A DNA stretch of 64,000 bases from Candidatus Latescibacterota bacterium (GCA_965237675.1 OZ250150.1:1568001-1632000), one strand, 5' to 3'; positions 25,549 to 36,448 are shown, counted from the stretch's first letter. The notes: generated by a model not told the origin, from the sequence alone. Numbers and translations: made by a program.

Positions 25549-27069
25549 ATGAATCGACTTTTCGGTCTGGAGACGGAGTACGGAATCACGATTGACGGGG
25601 TGGACAGCATCGACGTCGTGGAAGAGTCGATGCAGCTGATCCGTTGCTATCTCCAGGGTAAATTTACGCCCCTGTGGGACTATCAGCTGGAAAACCCCCG
25701 CAAAGACGTGCGGGGGTTTGAAGTGAAATCCCTGCTGAACGATACGGACGAGAAGGTGCACCTCCAGAAGGATCGGAAGCGCAAGGTGCCCCTCGAGGAA
25801 TTGAAGAGCGACCTGATTATTCGCAACGGCGCCCGCTTTTACAACGACCACACCCATCCGGAATATTCCACGGGCGAATGCCTGAGCCTCTTCGAACTGG
25901 TCGCGCAGGACCGCGCGGGCGAGCGGATCGTGGACATCTGCGCCCGCAGGCGCACGGAGATGCTGCCCGAGGGCGTCGTGCGGATCTACAAGAACAACAC
26001 CGATTTCGAAGGCCATAGCTACGGGTGTCACGAGAACTACCTGATGGACCGTGTGACGCCGTTCGAACGAATCGTGAAGGGCCTGCTGCCCTTTCTGGTC
26101 ACGCGGCAGATATACGCGGGCGCGGGAAAGATGGGCGTGGAACGCGGCGACAGGGCGTCCATCTATCAACTCTCGCAGCGGTCCGAGTTCTTCGAGGTGA
26201 TCGCCAGCGTCGACACCATGCACAAGCGGCCGCTGATCAACACCCGGGACGAGCCCCACGCCGACGCGAGCCGCTACCGCAGGCTGCACGTGATTCTCGG
26301 CGACGCGAATATGTCGGAATATGTCACGGCGCTGAAAGTGGGCGCCACGGCCATGGTGGTGGCGCTGGTTGAACAGGATGATCTGCCCGAATGGGTCTTG
26401 AAGGATCCGGTTGCCGCCCTGAAGGACGTGTCGCGCGATCAGAGTTACCAGTGGCTGGTGGAACTGGATCGCAAGGGCGACCGGCTGGTTCCGTCCGTCG
26501 ACGTCCAGCGGATGTACCTGGCGCTGGCGCAAAAGCGGTTCGGCGGCAGCGACGTGGAAACGGACTGGGTCCTGAACGCCTGGGAGGAGATTCTGAACGG
26601 CCTCGAACGGGATCCCATGGCAATGGTGGGCACCTGCGACTGGGTGAGCAAGAAGTGGCTGCTGGATTGTTTCCGCGAGGCGGAGGGTCTTTCGTGGGAC
26701 AACCCGGACGACCTGGCATGGCTTCAGAGCCAGGATCTGGAGTACCACAACGTGGACCGGGAGTCCGGACTCTATTATCTGCTGGAAGACCAGGGCAAAA
26801 TGGTCCGCCTCCTCGACGACGAGCAGATCGTGGAAGCGATGTCTGTTCCGCCTACGGACACGCGGGCCTATTTCCGCGGACGATGCCTGGAGAAATTCGG
26901 CCACGACGTCAAATCGGTCAACTGGGACCGCATTGTCTTCTCCCGAAATGGGAAACAGCGTTCCGTGGATATGAAGGATCTGGTTGATGTGGAGAAGGTC
27001 GCGTATTATAATAAGGCACTGGATCGCTCGGATGAACTGGAGGAGTTCCTGGACGCGCTGGGGGTCTGA
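25549..27069 (+). CDS. dop: Depupylase/deamidase Dop (PafA2 family)
   Basis: FGLETEYGI, NGARFYNDHTHPEYST, GHSYGCHENYL, NTRDEPHAD, RRLHVILGDANMSE. Confidence 0.85.
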   Translation: MNRLFGLETEYGITIDGVDSIDVVEESMQLIRCYLQGKFTPLWDYQLENPRKDVRGFEVKSLLNDTDEKVHLQKDRKRKVPLEELKSDLIIRNGARFYNDHTHPEYSTGECLSLFELVAQDRAGERIVDICARRRTEMLPEGVVRIYKNNTDFEGHSYGCHENYLMDRVTPFERIVKGLLPFLVTRQIYAGAGKMGVERGDRASIYQLSQRSEFFEVIASVDTMHKRPLINTRDEPHADASRYRRLHVILGDANMSEYVTALKVGATAMVVALVEQDDLPEWVLKDPVAALKDVSRDQSYQWLVELDRKGDRLVPSVDVQRMYLALAQKRFGGSDVETDWVLNAWEEILNGLERDPMAMVGTCDWVSKKWLLDCFREAEGLSWDNPDDLAWLQSQDLEYHNVDRESGLYYLLEDQGKMVRLLDDEQIVEAMSVPPTDTRAYFRGRCLEKFGHDVKSVNWDRIVFSRNGKQRSVDMKDLVDVEKVAYYNKALDRSDELEEFLDALGV

Positions 27070-27168
27070 CCGCCGGTCGCGTCGGCGAAGCGTGGAAGCC
27101 TTACCCGTTTGAAAGCGGATCCGGGGAATCCGCCGGCGTTTTTGAACGGAATGGAGGAGGATGTGACC

Positions 27169-27360
27169 ATGAGGAAAGATTTGGCCAGTCTGGAACGGCG
27201 AACCCGCCGGTCGGCGCCCCCGGAAGGGGGTCCGAACGAGGGGGACGACGGACCGTCAAGACCGGACGTAGACCGTCCCGATACCCGTGACCTGCTGCGT
27301 CGCATGCGCCGCGTGGACCCCAATCAGGCGCGACGCTACCGGCAGCGCACGGGTGAGTGA
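27169..27360 (+). CDS. ubact: Ubiquitin-like protein UBact (Pup analogue), 63 aa
   Basis: RBS GGAGGAGG; disordered composition; C-terminus LLRRMRRVDPNQARRYRQRTGE matches the UBact R[ST]G[EQ] signature; lies between dop and prcB. Confidence 0.9.
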   Translation: MRKDLASLERRTRRSAPPEGGPNEGDDGPSRPDVDRPDTRDLLRRMRRVDPNQARRYRQRTGE

Positions 27361-28183
27361 GCCTATGGGTCCTGGTGGGGATTTTCTGGATCTGCTGAAG
27401 GCCGAAGGATACCGGCTGCCCGGCGCCGACCTGCAGAAAAGCGCATCGGGCGGCCCGGCGTCCCTTCCGTTTCAGCCCACCGAAGGCACAACCATCCTCG
27501 CGCTGCGCTACCGGGATGGCGTTCTTATCGCGGGCGACCGCCGGGCCACCGCCGGCCATACCGTGCTTTACGACCGCGCCGACAAGGTCATCGATATCGA
27601 CGCCCATTCGGTGATGGCCATTTCGGGGTCGCCGGCGATGGCATACGAGATCGCCCGGATTCTGGAACACACGTTTCAATATCACCGGCGGCGGCAGTTG
27701 CAGGAGATGAGCCTCGCGGCGAAACTCCGGCGCCTATCGCTTCTGATTCGCGACAATTTGCCCATGGCCATGCAGGGCATCGGTCCGGTGATTCCCATTT
27801 TCGCCACGTTCGATCGACGGGACAACCGCGGCAAGATCTTTTTTTACGACGTGCTGGGCGCGCAGTTCGAGAGCGGGGACTTCGCCACCACGGGTTCGGG
27901 CGCGGCGGCCATCCGGGGTGCGATGTATTACAACAACCAGTGGGGCGAGCGTCCCTTTGCCGAACTGGACCGGAGCGAGATCCTCGGAATGGTGCTGCGC
28001 CTGCTGCACACGGCGGCGGAATACGACGCCGCCACCGGACGGTACGAGCGGCATTCCGGCGTGTTGCCCACGGTGAAGACGATCTCCGCCGATGGACTGC
28101 TTACCGTGCCCGAGGACGACCTGCGGGCGTCTTACGAGCGGTACATTGCCCAATCCATAGGACAGGGAGACGCCGACGGATGA
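27353..28183 (+). CDS. prcB: 20S proteasome beta subunit
   Basis: Propeptide then TEG/TTILAL catalytic Thr, IAGDRRATAG, TGSG. Start GTG 27353 or ATG 27365. Confidence 0.92.
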   Translation: MSEPMGPGGDFLDLLKAEGYRLPGADLQKSASGGPASLPFQPTEGTTILALRYRDGVLIAGDRRATAGHTVLYDRADKVIDIDAHSVMAISGSPAMAYEIARILEHTFQYHRRRQLQEMSLAAKLRRLSLLIRDNLPMAMQGIGPVIPIFATFDRRDNRGKIFFYDVLGAQFESGDFATTGSGAAAIRGAMYYNNQWGERPFAELDRSEILGMVLRLLHTAAEYDAATGRYERHSGVLPTVKTISADGLLTVPEDDLRASYERYIAQSIGQGDADG

Positions 28184-28959
28184 TGCTGGACGAACCCTAT
28201 CGATGGGCGGATGCGGTAGCCAACCGGCGGGAATACATCGAAGACCAACTTCGGGGCGGCAGTCCGGTTGTGGGCCTGGGCTACAGGGACGGCGCGTTAT
28301 TGCTGACGCTTGGACAGGGACAGCAGAAAATCTTCGAGGTGTACGACCGCATCGGCATGGCCGCGCTCGGACACCCAACCGATATCGAGAAGTTGCGCCA
28401 GGCCGCCGTCGACCTGGCTTCGGTAATTGGCTTCAACTATTCGGAGCAGGACGTCAACCTGCAGCAGATCGTGCATTTCGGTCTTGGCCCCGCGGTCAAG
28501 ACGGCTTTCGACGAGGTGTTCCGGGCGCCGTATCTTGTGCGGGTGTTGATGCTGGAACTGGATGGCGCGGAAGAGGGCGCCGTCTTCTATACCGTGGAAT
28601 ACGATGGCGCGTTTCAGAAATACGATGGCCGCGGCGTTGTGGGCGAAATGCCGGAAGCGGACACGTTGATGCGGACCTATCTGCCGGATACGGCCCGGCT
28701 CAGCCTGCGAAACGCACTGAAGGCCGCGCTGGAGGCGTGGGCGGCCGGACGTTTTGCGGGAGACCTGGATGAGGTCCCCCGGGACGTGTCGGAGTTGGAA
28801 CGGGCGGCCCGAGAGGCCGATCTGGAAGGCATTTTAAAGGCTGCATTGGAAACGTCCACGGTTGAGGCCGTGGTTTTCGAACGATCCGGGCCGGACAAAC
28901 GCAGGTATCGCGTTGTGACCCGGAAAGAGATCCAGCCCGTCGTCAAGCCGTATCGCTGA
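28180..28959 (+). CDS. prcA: 20S proteasome alpha subunit
   Basis: ATGA overlap with prcB; RREYIEDQLRGGSPVV, QKIFEVYDRI. Confidence 0.88.
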   Translation: MMLDEPYRWADAVANRREYIEDQLRGGSPVVGLGYRDGALLLTLGQGQQKIFEVYDRIGMAALGHPTDIEKLRQAAVDLASVIGFNYSEQDVNLQQIVHFGLGPAVKTAFDEVFRAPYLVRVLMLELDGAEEGAVFYTVEYDGAFQKYDGRGVVGEMPEADTLMRTYLPDTARLSLRNALKAALEAWAAGRFAGDLDEVPRDVSELERAAREADLEGILKAALETSTVEAVVFERSGPDKRRYRVVTRKEIQPVVKPYR

Positions 28960-29110
28960 GACCCCCCGGAACCCGCTGATTTTACCATCCCCGGGGGCGC
29001 CGGAAACGGTTCTCGGGCCGGTCGAATTGTGGAATCGTCGTGCGCCGCTCCGGGCGGGTGCGGACAGGCGGATGCGGATCATCCAAGAGATGGACATGTA
29101 AGGGCCCGCG

Positions 29111-30577
29111 ATGGAACGACGAATTTTCGGTCTGGAAACCGAGTACGGGTGCATGGCGCCGGAGCACGAGGGCCTCGTGAGCCCGGATGCCATTACGGTT
29201 AAGGTGAAGGACCATATTTTCCACACCGAGCGTAAGGGGATTGTCGATATCCATTATCGGGGCAGGGACGAACCGCCGGGTAACGGCGGTTTTTTGTTTA
29301 ATTCCGGCAGGGTCTATATCGATATGGGTCATATCGAATACACGACCCCGGAGTGCAAGAGCCTGTTCGACCTGGTGGCCTTTGACCGGGCGGGAGAACG
29401 CATTCTGCAACGTGCGCTCCGTTCGCTGGGGCTGGCGAAGGAAGCTTCGTTCCTGAAGAACAACATCGACCACTATACGGGGGCTACCTTCGGCTGCCAC
29501 GAAAATTATCTGATCCGCCGAAACGTGCCGTTCTCGATGGTCGTGATCCCGGCATTGCTGCCCTTTCTTGTAACCCGACAGATCTTCAGCGGCGCCGGCA
29601 GGGTGGGCAGCTACGACGACAGCTTCTATTATTATGGCCGGGAAGACGCGGACGATGCCTCCCATGACGATCCCGTCGCCTTTCAGATTTCGCAGCGCGC
29701 CGACCACATTGTCACGGAGATCTATCAATGGATCCAGTTTTCACGTGCGATTATCAATACGCGGGACGAGCCGCTGGCCGACTATAACAAATACCGCCGG
29801 TTGCACCTGCTGATGGGCGATTCGAATATGTCGGAATACGCCACCGCGTTGAAGGTCGGTACCACGGCGATGGTGTTGAATTTGCTCGAGCATAAGATTT
29901 TTCCGCAGGACGTGGGCCTGGGCGACCCGGTGTTGGCGTTGAAGGAGATTTCCCGGGATCCTACGCACCGATGGATTCTGGACCGCAAGAATGGCCGACC
30001 GGTTACCGCGGTCGACATTCAGCGGCGGTACCTGGATCTGGCGAAACGCCATCTGCGGGGTATGGACGAGGAGTCGGACTGGGTGCTGGCCGAGTGGGAG
30101 CAGACGCTGGATGCGCTGGAGCGGGATCCCATGAGCTTGAAGGACCGGCTGGACTGGGTGGCCAAGAAGTGGATGCTGGAGATGTTCGTACAATCGGAAG
30201 GCGTGGACTGGAACGATCCGTGGCTTCAGAGCCTGGATCTGGAGTTTCACAATATCGATCCCAATCGGGGGGTTTTCCTCGACCTTGAGCACAAGGGCAT
30301 GACGCGTCGCATTCTGACGGAGAAGCAGATCGCGCGCGCGGACGACGAACCGCCCGCCGATACGCGAGCCCGGGGCCGGTCCGACGTGATCAGGGCCCTC
30401 TCGGAGAACCGGGTGCGGTATATCGTGGACTGGGATTCGGTGTATCTGGAGAACGAGAGCCAGCTGAGTCTTCAGGATCCGTTCGAGACCTACACGGACG
30501 CGGCGGCCAGGTTCATCCAGGAGATACGTTCGGCCTCACCCTCGCCACGACGCCCCATGCGGCGACGGTTGAAGTGA
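29111..30577 (+). CDS. pafA: Pup/UBact-protein ligase
   Basis: RRIFGLETEYG, FLFNSGRVYIDMGHIEYTTPEC, TFGCHENYL, ISQRADH, SRAIINTRDEP. Confidence 0.85.
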   Translation: MERRIFGLETEYGCMAPEHEGLVSPDAITVKVKDHIFHTERKGIVDIHYRGRDEPPGNGGFLFNSGRVYIDMGHIEYTTPECKSLFDLVAFDRAGERILQRALRSLGLAKEASFLKNNIDHYTGATFGCHENYLIRRNVPFSMVVIPALLPFLVTRQIFSGAGRVGSYDDSFYYYGREDADDASHDDPVAFQISQRADHIVTEIYQWIQFSRAIINTRDEPLADYNKYRRLHLLMGDSNMSEYATALKVGTTAMVLNLLEHKIFPQDVGLGDPVLALKEISRDPTHRWILDRKNGRPVTAVDIQRRYLDLAKRHLRGMDEESDWVLAEWEQTLDALERDPMSLKDRLDWVAKKWMLEMFVQSEGVDWNDPWLQSLDLEFHNIDPNRGVFLDLEHKGMTRRILTEKQIARADDEPPADTRARGRSDVIRALSENRVRYIVDWDSVYLENESQLSLQDPFETYTDAAARFIQEIRSASPSPRRPMRRRLK

Positions 30578-30788
30578 ATACCCGCATGCAACCATCGTAA
30601 TCGCCCTGCCATAAGCAAAATGGCGCACACGGGATGCCCGAAGGAACCCCCACCTTCGCGCATCCCGTTTTTGTGATTCATACCGACATCAGGCGGTTTG
30701 GCGGCGCATCAACCTGCATTCACACTTACCAGGGAAAAACCTGAATTATCCTCTTGCCTGAATTTACTCAATATAGTAAATTTACAAT

Positions 30789-32039
30789 ATGACTTCCTTT
30801 CAACGTGTTCACGTAAAGACCCTGATGGACAGGTTGGACGAGGCCCCCCACCAACTCATCGCCTTGTTTGGACCACGTCAAACCGGCAAGACGACCATCG
30901 TGCGCCAGGCGTTGCGTCAGATCCACATCGAAAGCCGCTACCTGTCCGTGGACGAACCCGATGGCTATGAAATTCGCGTTCCTTCCGATGCCGCCACGTT
31001 AACCTACCCTCTCGAACAGGTGCGCGACACGGCGTGGCTGGTGCACAACTGGGAAATGGCGCGGCAGGAAGCCGAGCGATTCGGGCGCGGCTTCGTTCTG
31101 GCGATAGACGAAATTCAGAAGATACCCAGGTGGTCAGATACGGTGAAGGGCCTGTGGGACGCGGACCGTGTCCGGAACTGCCCCCTGCACGTTATAATTC
31201 TCGGGTCGGCGCCCCTGCTGATGCAATCCGGTTTGAGTGAGAGCCTCGCCGGCCGCTTCGAGTCTATCCGCGTCACACACTGGTCGTTCGCCGAAATGAT
31301 GCAGGCGTTTCGTCTCGATCCGGCGAGCTATCTCTACTTTGGAGGCTACCCGGGCGCTGTCCGTTTCGTTAGAAACGCGGACCGTTGGAGCGAATATATC
31401 CTGGGTGCGCTCGTCGAGCCGAACATAGAGCGGGATATCCTTGCGATGACCCGCGTGGACAAACCTGCGCTGCTCAAACGGCTATTCGAACTCGGGGCCG
31501 CCTATTCCGGGCAGATCCTTTCGTACACGAAGATGCTGGGCCAGTTGCATGATGCCGGCAACACCACCACACTTGCCCGCTACCTGGACCTGCTTACGAG
31601 CGCCGGCATGCTCGCGGGCTTGCCGAAGTATTCCAACCGTCCGCATCGACGTCGCGCCTCGAGCCCGAAGCTCAACGTGCTCAATACCGCACTGATGACG
31701 GCCGGTTCAGGGTACTCGTTTGATGAAGCCCGGGCCGACCGCTCGTTCTGGGGGCGCATTGTCGAGAGCGCGGTCGGCGCGCATCTGTTCAATACCTTGT
31801 CGCCCGACACCCGCCTCTACTACTGGCGGGATGGTTCACACGAAGTCGATTTCGTCCTGCAACGCGGTCCTCGCATCATCGCCATCGAGGTCAAAAGCAG
31901 TACTAAGAACCTGACTTTTCGGGGAATGCACATTTTCGAGCAGCGTTTTTGTCCGTATCGGTCCCTGCTTGTCGGGGAAGGCGGCATCGGGCTGAATGAG
32001 TTTCTGACTGTACCGGCCAATCACTGGTTTGAGGAATAA
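30789..32039 (+). CDS. AAA_14 ATPase with DUF4143 domain
   Basis: GPRQTGKTT, IDEIQK, LGSA, ESLAGR, GGYP, YYWRDGSHEVDFV...AIEVKS. Confidence 0.9.
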   Translation: MTSFQRVHVKTLMDRLDEAPHQLIALFGPRQTGKTTIVRQALRQIHIESRYLSVDEPDGYEIRVPSDAATLTYPLEQVRDTAWLVHNWEMARQEAERFGRGFVLAIDEIQKIPRWSDTVKGLWDADRVRNCPLHVIILGSAPLLMQSGLSESLAGRFESIRVTHWSFAEMMQAFRLDPASYLYFGGYPGAVRFVRNADRWSEYILGALVEPNIERDILAMTRVDKPALLKRLFELGAAYSGQILSYTKMLGQLHDAGNTTTLARYLDLLTSAGMLAGLPKYSNRPHRRRASSPKLNVLNTALMTAGSGYSFDEARADRSFWGRIVESAVGAHLFNTLSPDTRLYYWRDGSHEVDFVLQRGPRIIAIEVKSSTKNLTFRGMHIFEQRFCPYRSLLVGEGGIGLNEFLTVPANHWFEE

Positions 32040-35000
32040 TGAACACGATCGTCCCACGCACTTGTACAGTGATCCCGCTCGGGGATGAGAAACGGAATCA
32101 GGCAAGGGACTCACGACCCCTGGCCGGGTTTCGGGATACTCTGGCCTATGTGTTGCTCGGTGACCCCGGCTCGGGGAAGACCACCGCGTTCGAGACCGAG
32201 AAAGAGGCGCTTGGGGACGGCGCCTGTATGATCTCCGCCCGCGACTTTATTGCCCTGGACGTGGAAATGCACGCCGAGTGGCGCAATAAGACACTCTTTA
32301 TCGACGGTCTTGACGAGGTCCGCGTTGGCGCTCCAAACGCGCGCACACCCTTTGAAGAAATCCGGAATCGTCTCGAAAGACTGGGTCATCCGCGTTTCCG
32401 ATTGTCGTGCCGGGAAGCGGACTGGCTCGGGGAGAACGATTGGCAGCATTTGACGACCGTGTCAAAGGACAACAGCGTCACGGTTCTTCGCCTCGATCCA
32501 CTTTCCGAATCGGACATTATGCGGATATTGGAGGGCAAGGGCGTCAAAGATCCCCAGGTTTTCATGGAAAATTCCCGGGAACGACGGATTGACGGACTGC
32601 TACAGAACCCGCTGACCCTCGAGTTGCTGGCCACCGTTATAGCGCGTAGCGGACAATGGCCTGAGAGCCGCCTGCAAACATTCGAGCAGGCCTGTTTACA
32701 CCTGGTCCGCGAGCACAATAGAGAACACAAAGCTGTCAAGAGGCCTCTTAATTTACAGCGGTTGCTGGAAGCTGCGGGGCATCTCTGCGCCGTTCAGCTG
32801 ATTTCTGGTATCGAAGGGTACACGCAGGGGCAGGGTGATCCGGACACAGACTTTCCCTCTTTGGAGGAAATTCAATTCGAGAACCCGGAGTTGCTACAGT
32901 CCGTGCTGTCGATAAAGCTATTTGCGGCAGAGTCCGCTTCGTTTAACCGTTTCGCCCCGATTCACCGGCACGTCGCTGAATTCCTCGGTGCTCGGTACCT
33001 CGCATGGCTGATCGAAGACGGACTTCCTGCCCGGCGGGTCCTCTCTCTCATCACGGGAGAGGACGGAATCGTGGTGACCGGGTTGAGGGGGCTGTCCGCC
33101 TGGCTCGCGGCGCACTGTAAGAGCGCCCGAAGTGAGCTTATCATTCGGGATCCCGTCGGTGTCGGTCTCTACGGCGATATACACGGGTTTTCGTTTGACG
33201 AGAAACGGGCGCTCCTGAATGCTCTGCACAGTGAGGTGTCCAGGCTCGGTTCCATTCAGTTGGCGGCGGCTTTCGGTCCTCTCGCCACACCCGAAATGGA
33301 ACCCTGTCTCAGGGACATCCTGAGTAACGCGAGCCGTGAAACCGAACATCAGATGTTTGTCAGTTTTATACTGAGATTCGTACGTGACGGGTCGCGGATG
33401 CATGGTCTTTCCAGTCTCTTGCTTGATATTGTCCGCGACGTGACACGGTGGCCGGACATCAATGCGTTAGCGCTCGACGCATTCATCCACTGTGAAGACG
33501 AACGGACAGGAACCTGCGATCTCAAGATGCTCTTGAAGGAGGTGAATAACGAGAAGGTCTCCGATCCTGACAAGAAACTGCTTGGAAAGCTGCTATCACA
33601 ACTGTACCCCCGTGAACTTTCTCCCGCCGATGTGTGGGCATACTTGGTCGAGACCCCCGATTCAAATATCGCTGGTGCCTACTGGTGGTTTTGGGAGCAT
33701 AAGCTTCTTGAAAAGTCTACGGATGAACACGCCGTTGAACTCCTGGACAGACTGATACATCGGTTTCCGCGTTTGTCTTCCACACTGCAAAACCGTCTCG
33801 AGTTGGCAGGTCTTCCGCGGAAATTGCTGGCGCGCACCCTGCCGCATTGCGGGGAGACTGTAGACGCAACTCGACTCTACGATTGGCTCAGCTTGGGTTT
33901 CTCAGAGGCTCATGGGGTAAGGAGCAGCGACGAAAACAAATTTTGTGAAATTCGGTCCTGGCTTGAGCAACGCCCCAAAGTGCAGAAGAGGGTCATCTCC
34001 GAGGGATTGAACCGGTTTCCCGAATCGGACAAATTCAGGTATCACGCCTTCAACGTTCTAGCGCGTCTGTACGGCGCTGGCCTTCCACGTGACTTTGGGC
34101 GCTGGTGTCTCAACCAGGCTGTCGCTATGGCCTGTCGAAGGTCGCAGATCGCGGAGTATCTTCTGGAACTCGCTTGGCGGTCGAACACGGATCGACGGGG
34201 GAACGAAGGCCTGACACCGGAACTCCTGGAGAAGCTTGCGAGCAAGAATAAAGTGTTGAAAGCCCGTCTGGCGGAGTTACGGGTTCAGAGTTCTCCCCCC
34301 CGAGGTGATCGCGTGGCAGACCGTGATGGTCAAGGGTCCCGATACATCGATCAGCGAAGGTTAAAAGAAAAGCAATGGCTTGACAATCTCCGATCCAATG
34401 AGGTCGCGCTGCGCGAGAACCGGGCCGGGGCCGGCCTGCTATCCCGAATTGCGGCCAGGTACTTCGGCGCAACGATCAATCCCCCAATCGCTGGGGGCAC
34501 TGGAGACATTGAGAAAGACCTGGGATCGGATCAGAGCTTGATCGATGCAGTTCGTGTTGGAATCCGCGGCGTTATCGAAAGGAAGGACGTTCCAGGTTCC
34601 GGAGAGATTCTCGCGCTCAAGGAAAAAGGCCAGGTGTATCATATCGGTTGGCCCTTCCTGGCGGCACTGGAGGAGATTGAGAAGTCCGCGCCAGAGGAGC
34701 TTTCCCGGCTTAACGAAGAGCAGATGCGCAGTGCGCTGGCGTTCCATTTCTGTTTGGGCTATTGGCACGAGCCCAATTGGTATCGGCGAATCCGAGATGC
34801 CTGTCCGGACGTCGCCGCCGACATGCTGAAACGGTGCGGCATTTCCGAGCTTCGTCGCCGTAGTGGCGGAAATTCCGGGCTCTTTGCACTCCTGCCGGAC
34901 AAAGAAAACGCTAAGGTCGGCGGGCTCGCAAGCCTGCCGCTCCTGCGGGCTTTTCCCACGCGATGCAATGCCAAACAGATTCACACCCTGGACAATCTCC

Positions 35001-36136
35001 TCTGGGCCGCATTACGGCACGCGGACAGGTCGTTGTTTGAGGAACTGATCGAAACAAAACTGTCTCGCAAGAGCATGAACGACGCTCAGCGCGTGCGCTG
35101 GTTGGCCGCGGCGGTCGTTCGTTCGCCTGAGGCGCATACGTGCATGTTGACTGCCTTTGTACAGGGTAAAGAAAAGCGGGTGCGGTGTCTGGCGGAATTC
35201 TTCTCCGGCGAATTCCGACGCGCCGGTTTCTCGCTTGCGGAAGTCGAACTACCGACTCCCGTACTGGAGATCCTCGTTCGCCTTATCGGAGGCTGCTGCC
35301 GACCCTTTGAGCCGAGGCGCGAACCAGACGATGACTGGGATGCGCCTGTAAATACTTATTCTAAACTTGGTCGTGCGTTTCTGGGACGACTCGCCGCCTC
35401 CCGCGACAGAAAAGCGGCCGATGCACTGGACAGGCTTCTAGTCGAACCGGCGCTATCGGCCTGGCACGACGTTCTCTCTCAGGCGCGAGATTCCCAGAGG
35501 GTCATTCGCAGAGACGCCGACTATCGCCATCCGGAAATCCATGACGTCTGCCGGACCCTGGACAGCGGTAACCCCGCCAACGTGGCTGACCTCGCTGCTC
35601 TCGTGACCGATCATCTACATGAGATCGCGCGAAATATACATGACGGCAATACCTCCGATTGGCGTCAATATTGGGAAAACCCTTCTGACGAGGAAACCCG
35701 AAAACCGAAACATGAAGAGCTTTGCAGGGACGCGTTGCTATCCGATTTGAAATACAAATTGGCCCGATTGCCAATTGACGCCCAGCCGGAGGGCCGTTAC
35801 GCAGACGAGAAACGGGCGGACATTCGAGTTTCCTTCGAGGACTTCAACGTGCCGGTGGAGATCAAAAAGAACAACCATCCCGATCTGTGGACTGCGATAA
35901 AGACGCAGTTGATCGCCAAATACACCCGAGATCCGGGTGCGGCCGGACACGGCATCTACCTGGTGTTCTGGTTCGGCAAGGCGAACACCCGGTTTCATCC
36001 ATCGGGCAGGCGCCCGGAAACTCCCGGTGAGCTTGAGCGACAGCTTAAAGAGACACTCTCGGAAGAGGAAACTCATCGGATATCCGTGCGTGTAATTAAC
36101 GTCAGCGGGGAGGATGCGGACTGGCGGGAGAACTGA
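32039..36136 (+). CDS. NACHT/STAND-like NTPase with long helical region and C-terminal PD-(D/E)xK-like nuclease domain
   Basis: GDPGSGKT, LFIDGLDE, RLSCR, NPLTLELL, FAPIHRHVAEFLGARYL; C-terminal EKRADIRV...VPVEIKK; start overlaps the upstream stop (TAATG). Confidence 0.78.
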   Translation: MNTIVPRTCTVIPLGDEKRNQARDSRPLAGFRDTLAYVLLGDPGSGKTTAFETEKEALGDGACMISARDFIALDVEMHAEWRNKTLFIDGLDEVRVGAPNARTPFEEIRNRLERLGHPRFRLSCREADWLGENDWQHLTTVSKDNSVTVLRLDPLSESDIMRILEGKGVKDPQVFMENSRERRIDGLLQNPLTLELLATVIARSGQWPESRLQTFEQACLHLVREHNREHKAVKRPLNLQRLLEAAGHLCAVQLISGIEGYTQGQGDPDTDFPSLEEIQFENPELLQSVLSIKLFAAESASFNRFAPIHRHVAEFLGARYLAWLIEDGLPARRVLSLITGEDGIVVTGLRGLSAWLAAHCKSARSELIIRDPVGVGLYGDIHGFSFDEKRALLNALHSEVSRLGSIQLAAAFGPLATPEMEPCLRDILSNASRETEHQMFVSFILRFVRDGSRMHGLSSLLLDIVRDVTRWPDINALALDAFIHCEDERTGTCDLKMLLKEVNNEKVSDPDKKLLGKLLSQLYPRELSPADVWAYLVETPDSNIAGAYWWFWEHKLLEKSTDEHAVELLDRLIHRFPRLSSTLQNRLELAGLPRKLLARTLPHCGETVDATRLYDWLSLGFSEAHGVRSSDENKFCEIRSWLEQRPKVQKRVISEGLNRFPESDKFRYHAFNVLARLYGAGLPRDFGRWCLNQAVAMACRRSQIAEYLLELAWRSNTDRRGNEGLTPELLEKLASKNKVLKARLAELRVQSSPPRGDRVADRDGQGSRYIDQRRLKEKQWLDNLRSNEVALRENRAGAGLLSRIAARYFGATINPPIAGGTGDIEKDLGSDQSLIDAVRVGIRGVIERKDVPGSGEILALKEKGQVYHIGWPFLAALEEIEKSAPEELSRLNEEQMRSALAFHFCLGYWHEPNWYRRIRDACPDVAADMLKRCGISELRRRSGGNSGLFALLPDKENAKVGGLASLPLLRAFPTRCNAKQIHTLDNLLWAALRHADRSLFEELIETKLSRKSMNDAQRVRWLAAAVVRSPEAHTCMLTAFVQGKEKRVRCLAEFFSGEFRRAGFSLAEVELPTPVLEILVRLIGGCCRPFEPRREPDDDWDAPVNTYSKLGRAFLGRLAASRDRKAADALDRLLVEPALSAWHDVLSQARDSQRVIRRDADYRHPEIHDVCRTLDSGNPANVADLAALVTDHLHEIARNIHDGNTSDWRQYWENPSDEETRKPKHEELCRDALLSDLKYKLARLPIDAQPEGRYADEKRADIRVSFEDFNVPVEIKKNNHPDLWTAIKTQLIAKYTRDPGAAGHGIYLVFWFGKANTRFHPSGRRPETPGELERQLKETLSEEETHRISVRVINVSGEDADWREN

Positions 36137-36448
36137 TGCCGGCGATCGGAGCGTGTGGCGTGACTCACAGGAAGGGGTACGTTTTCGCCCTGGTAAATTT
36201 GATCCAGCGTTGAGGCTGGTTGTATCCGACGATGCTACTTCGGGAAGTCATCTCTGCCTGATATCCTTCTATATTTCCACTTTCATTTCCGTTACATTTC
36301 AAAACTAACGCTTTAAATATAATAAGTTATACAATTATAAACAAATCGAATTCAATCTTATTTCACGATTCGTTTCAAACTTATTTCCCGTTCCACCTGC
36401 ACGTTGGTGGTCGATTTGGAGCCATTCCGCCGGCTTGTCCCGCAGCAT

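Noticed and set aside
36240-36400. AT-rich tract as origin or att site
   Set aside because: No DnaA boxes, integrase, tRNA or matching repeat seen.
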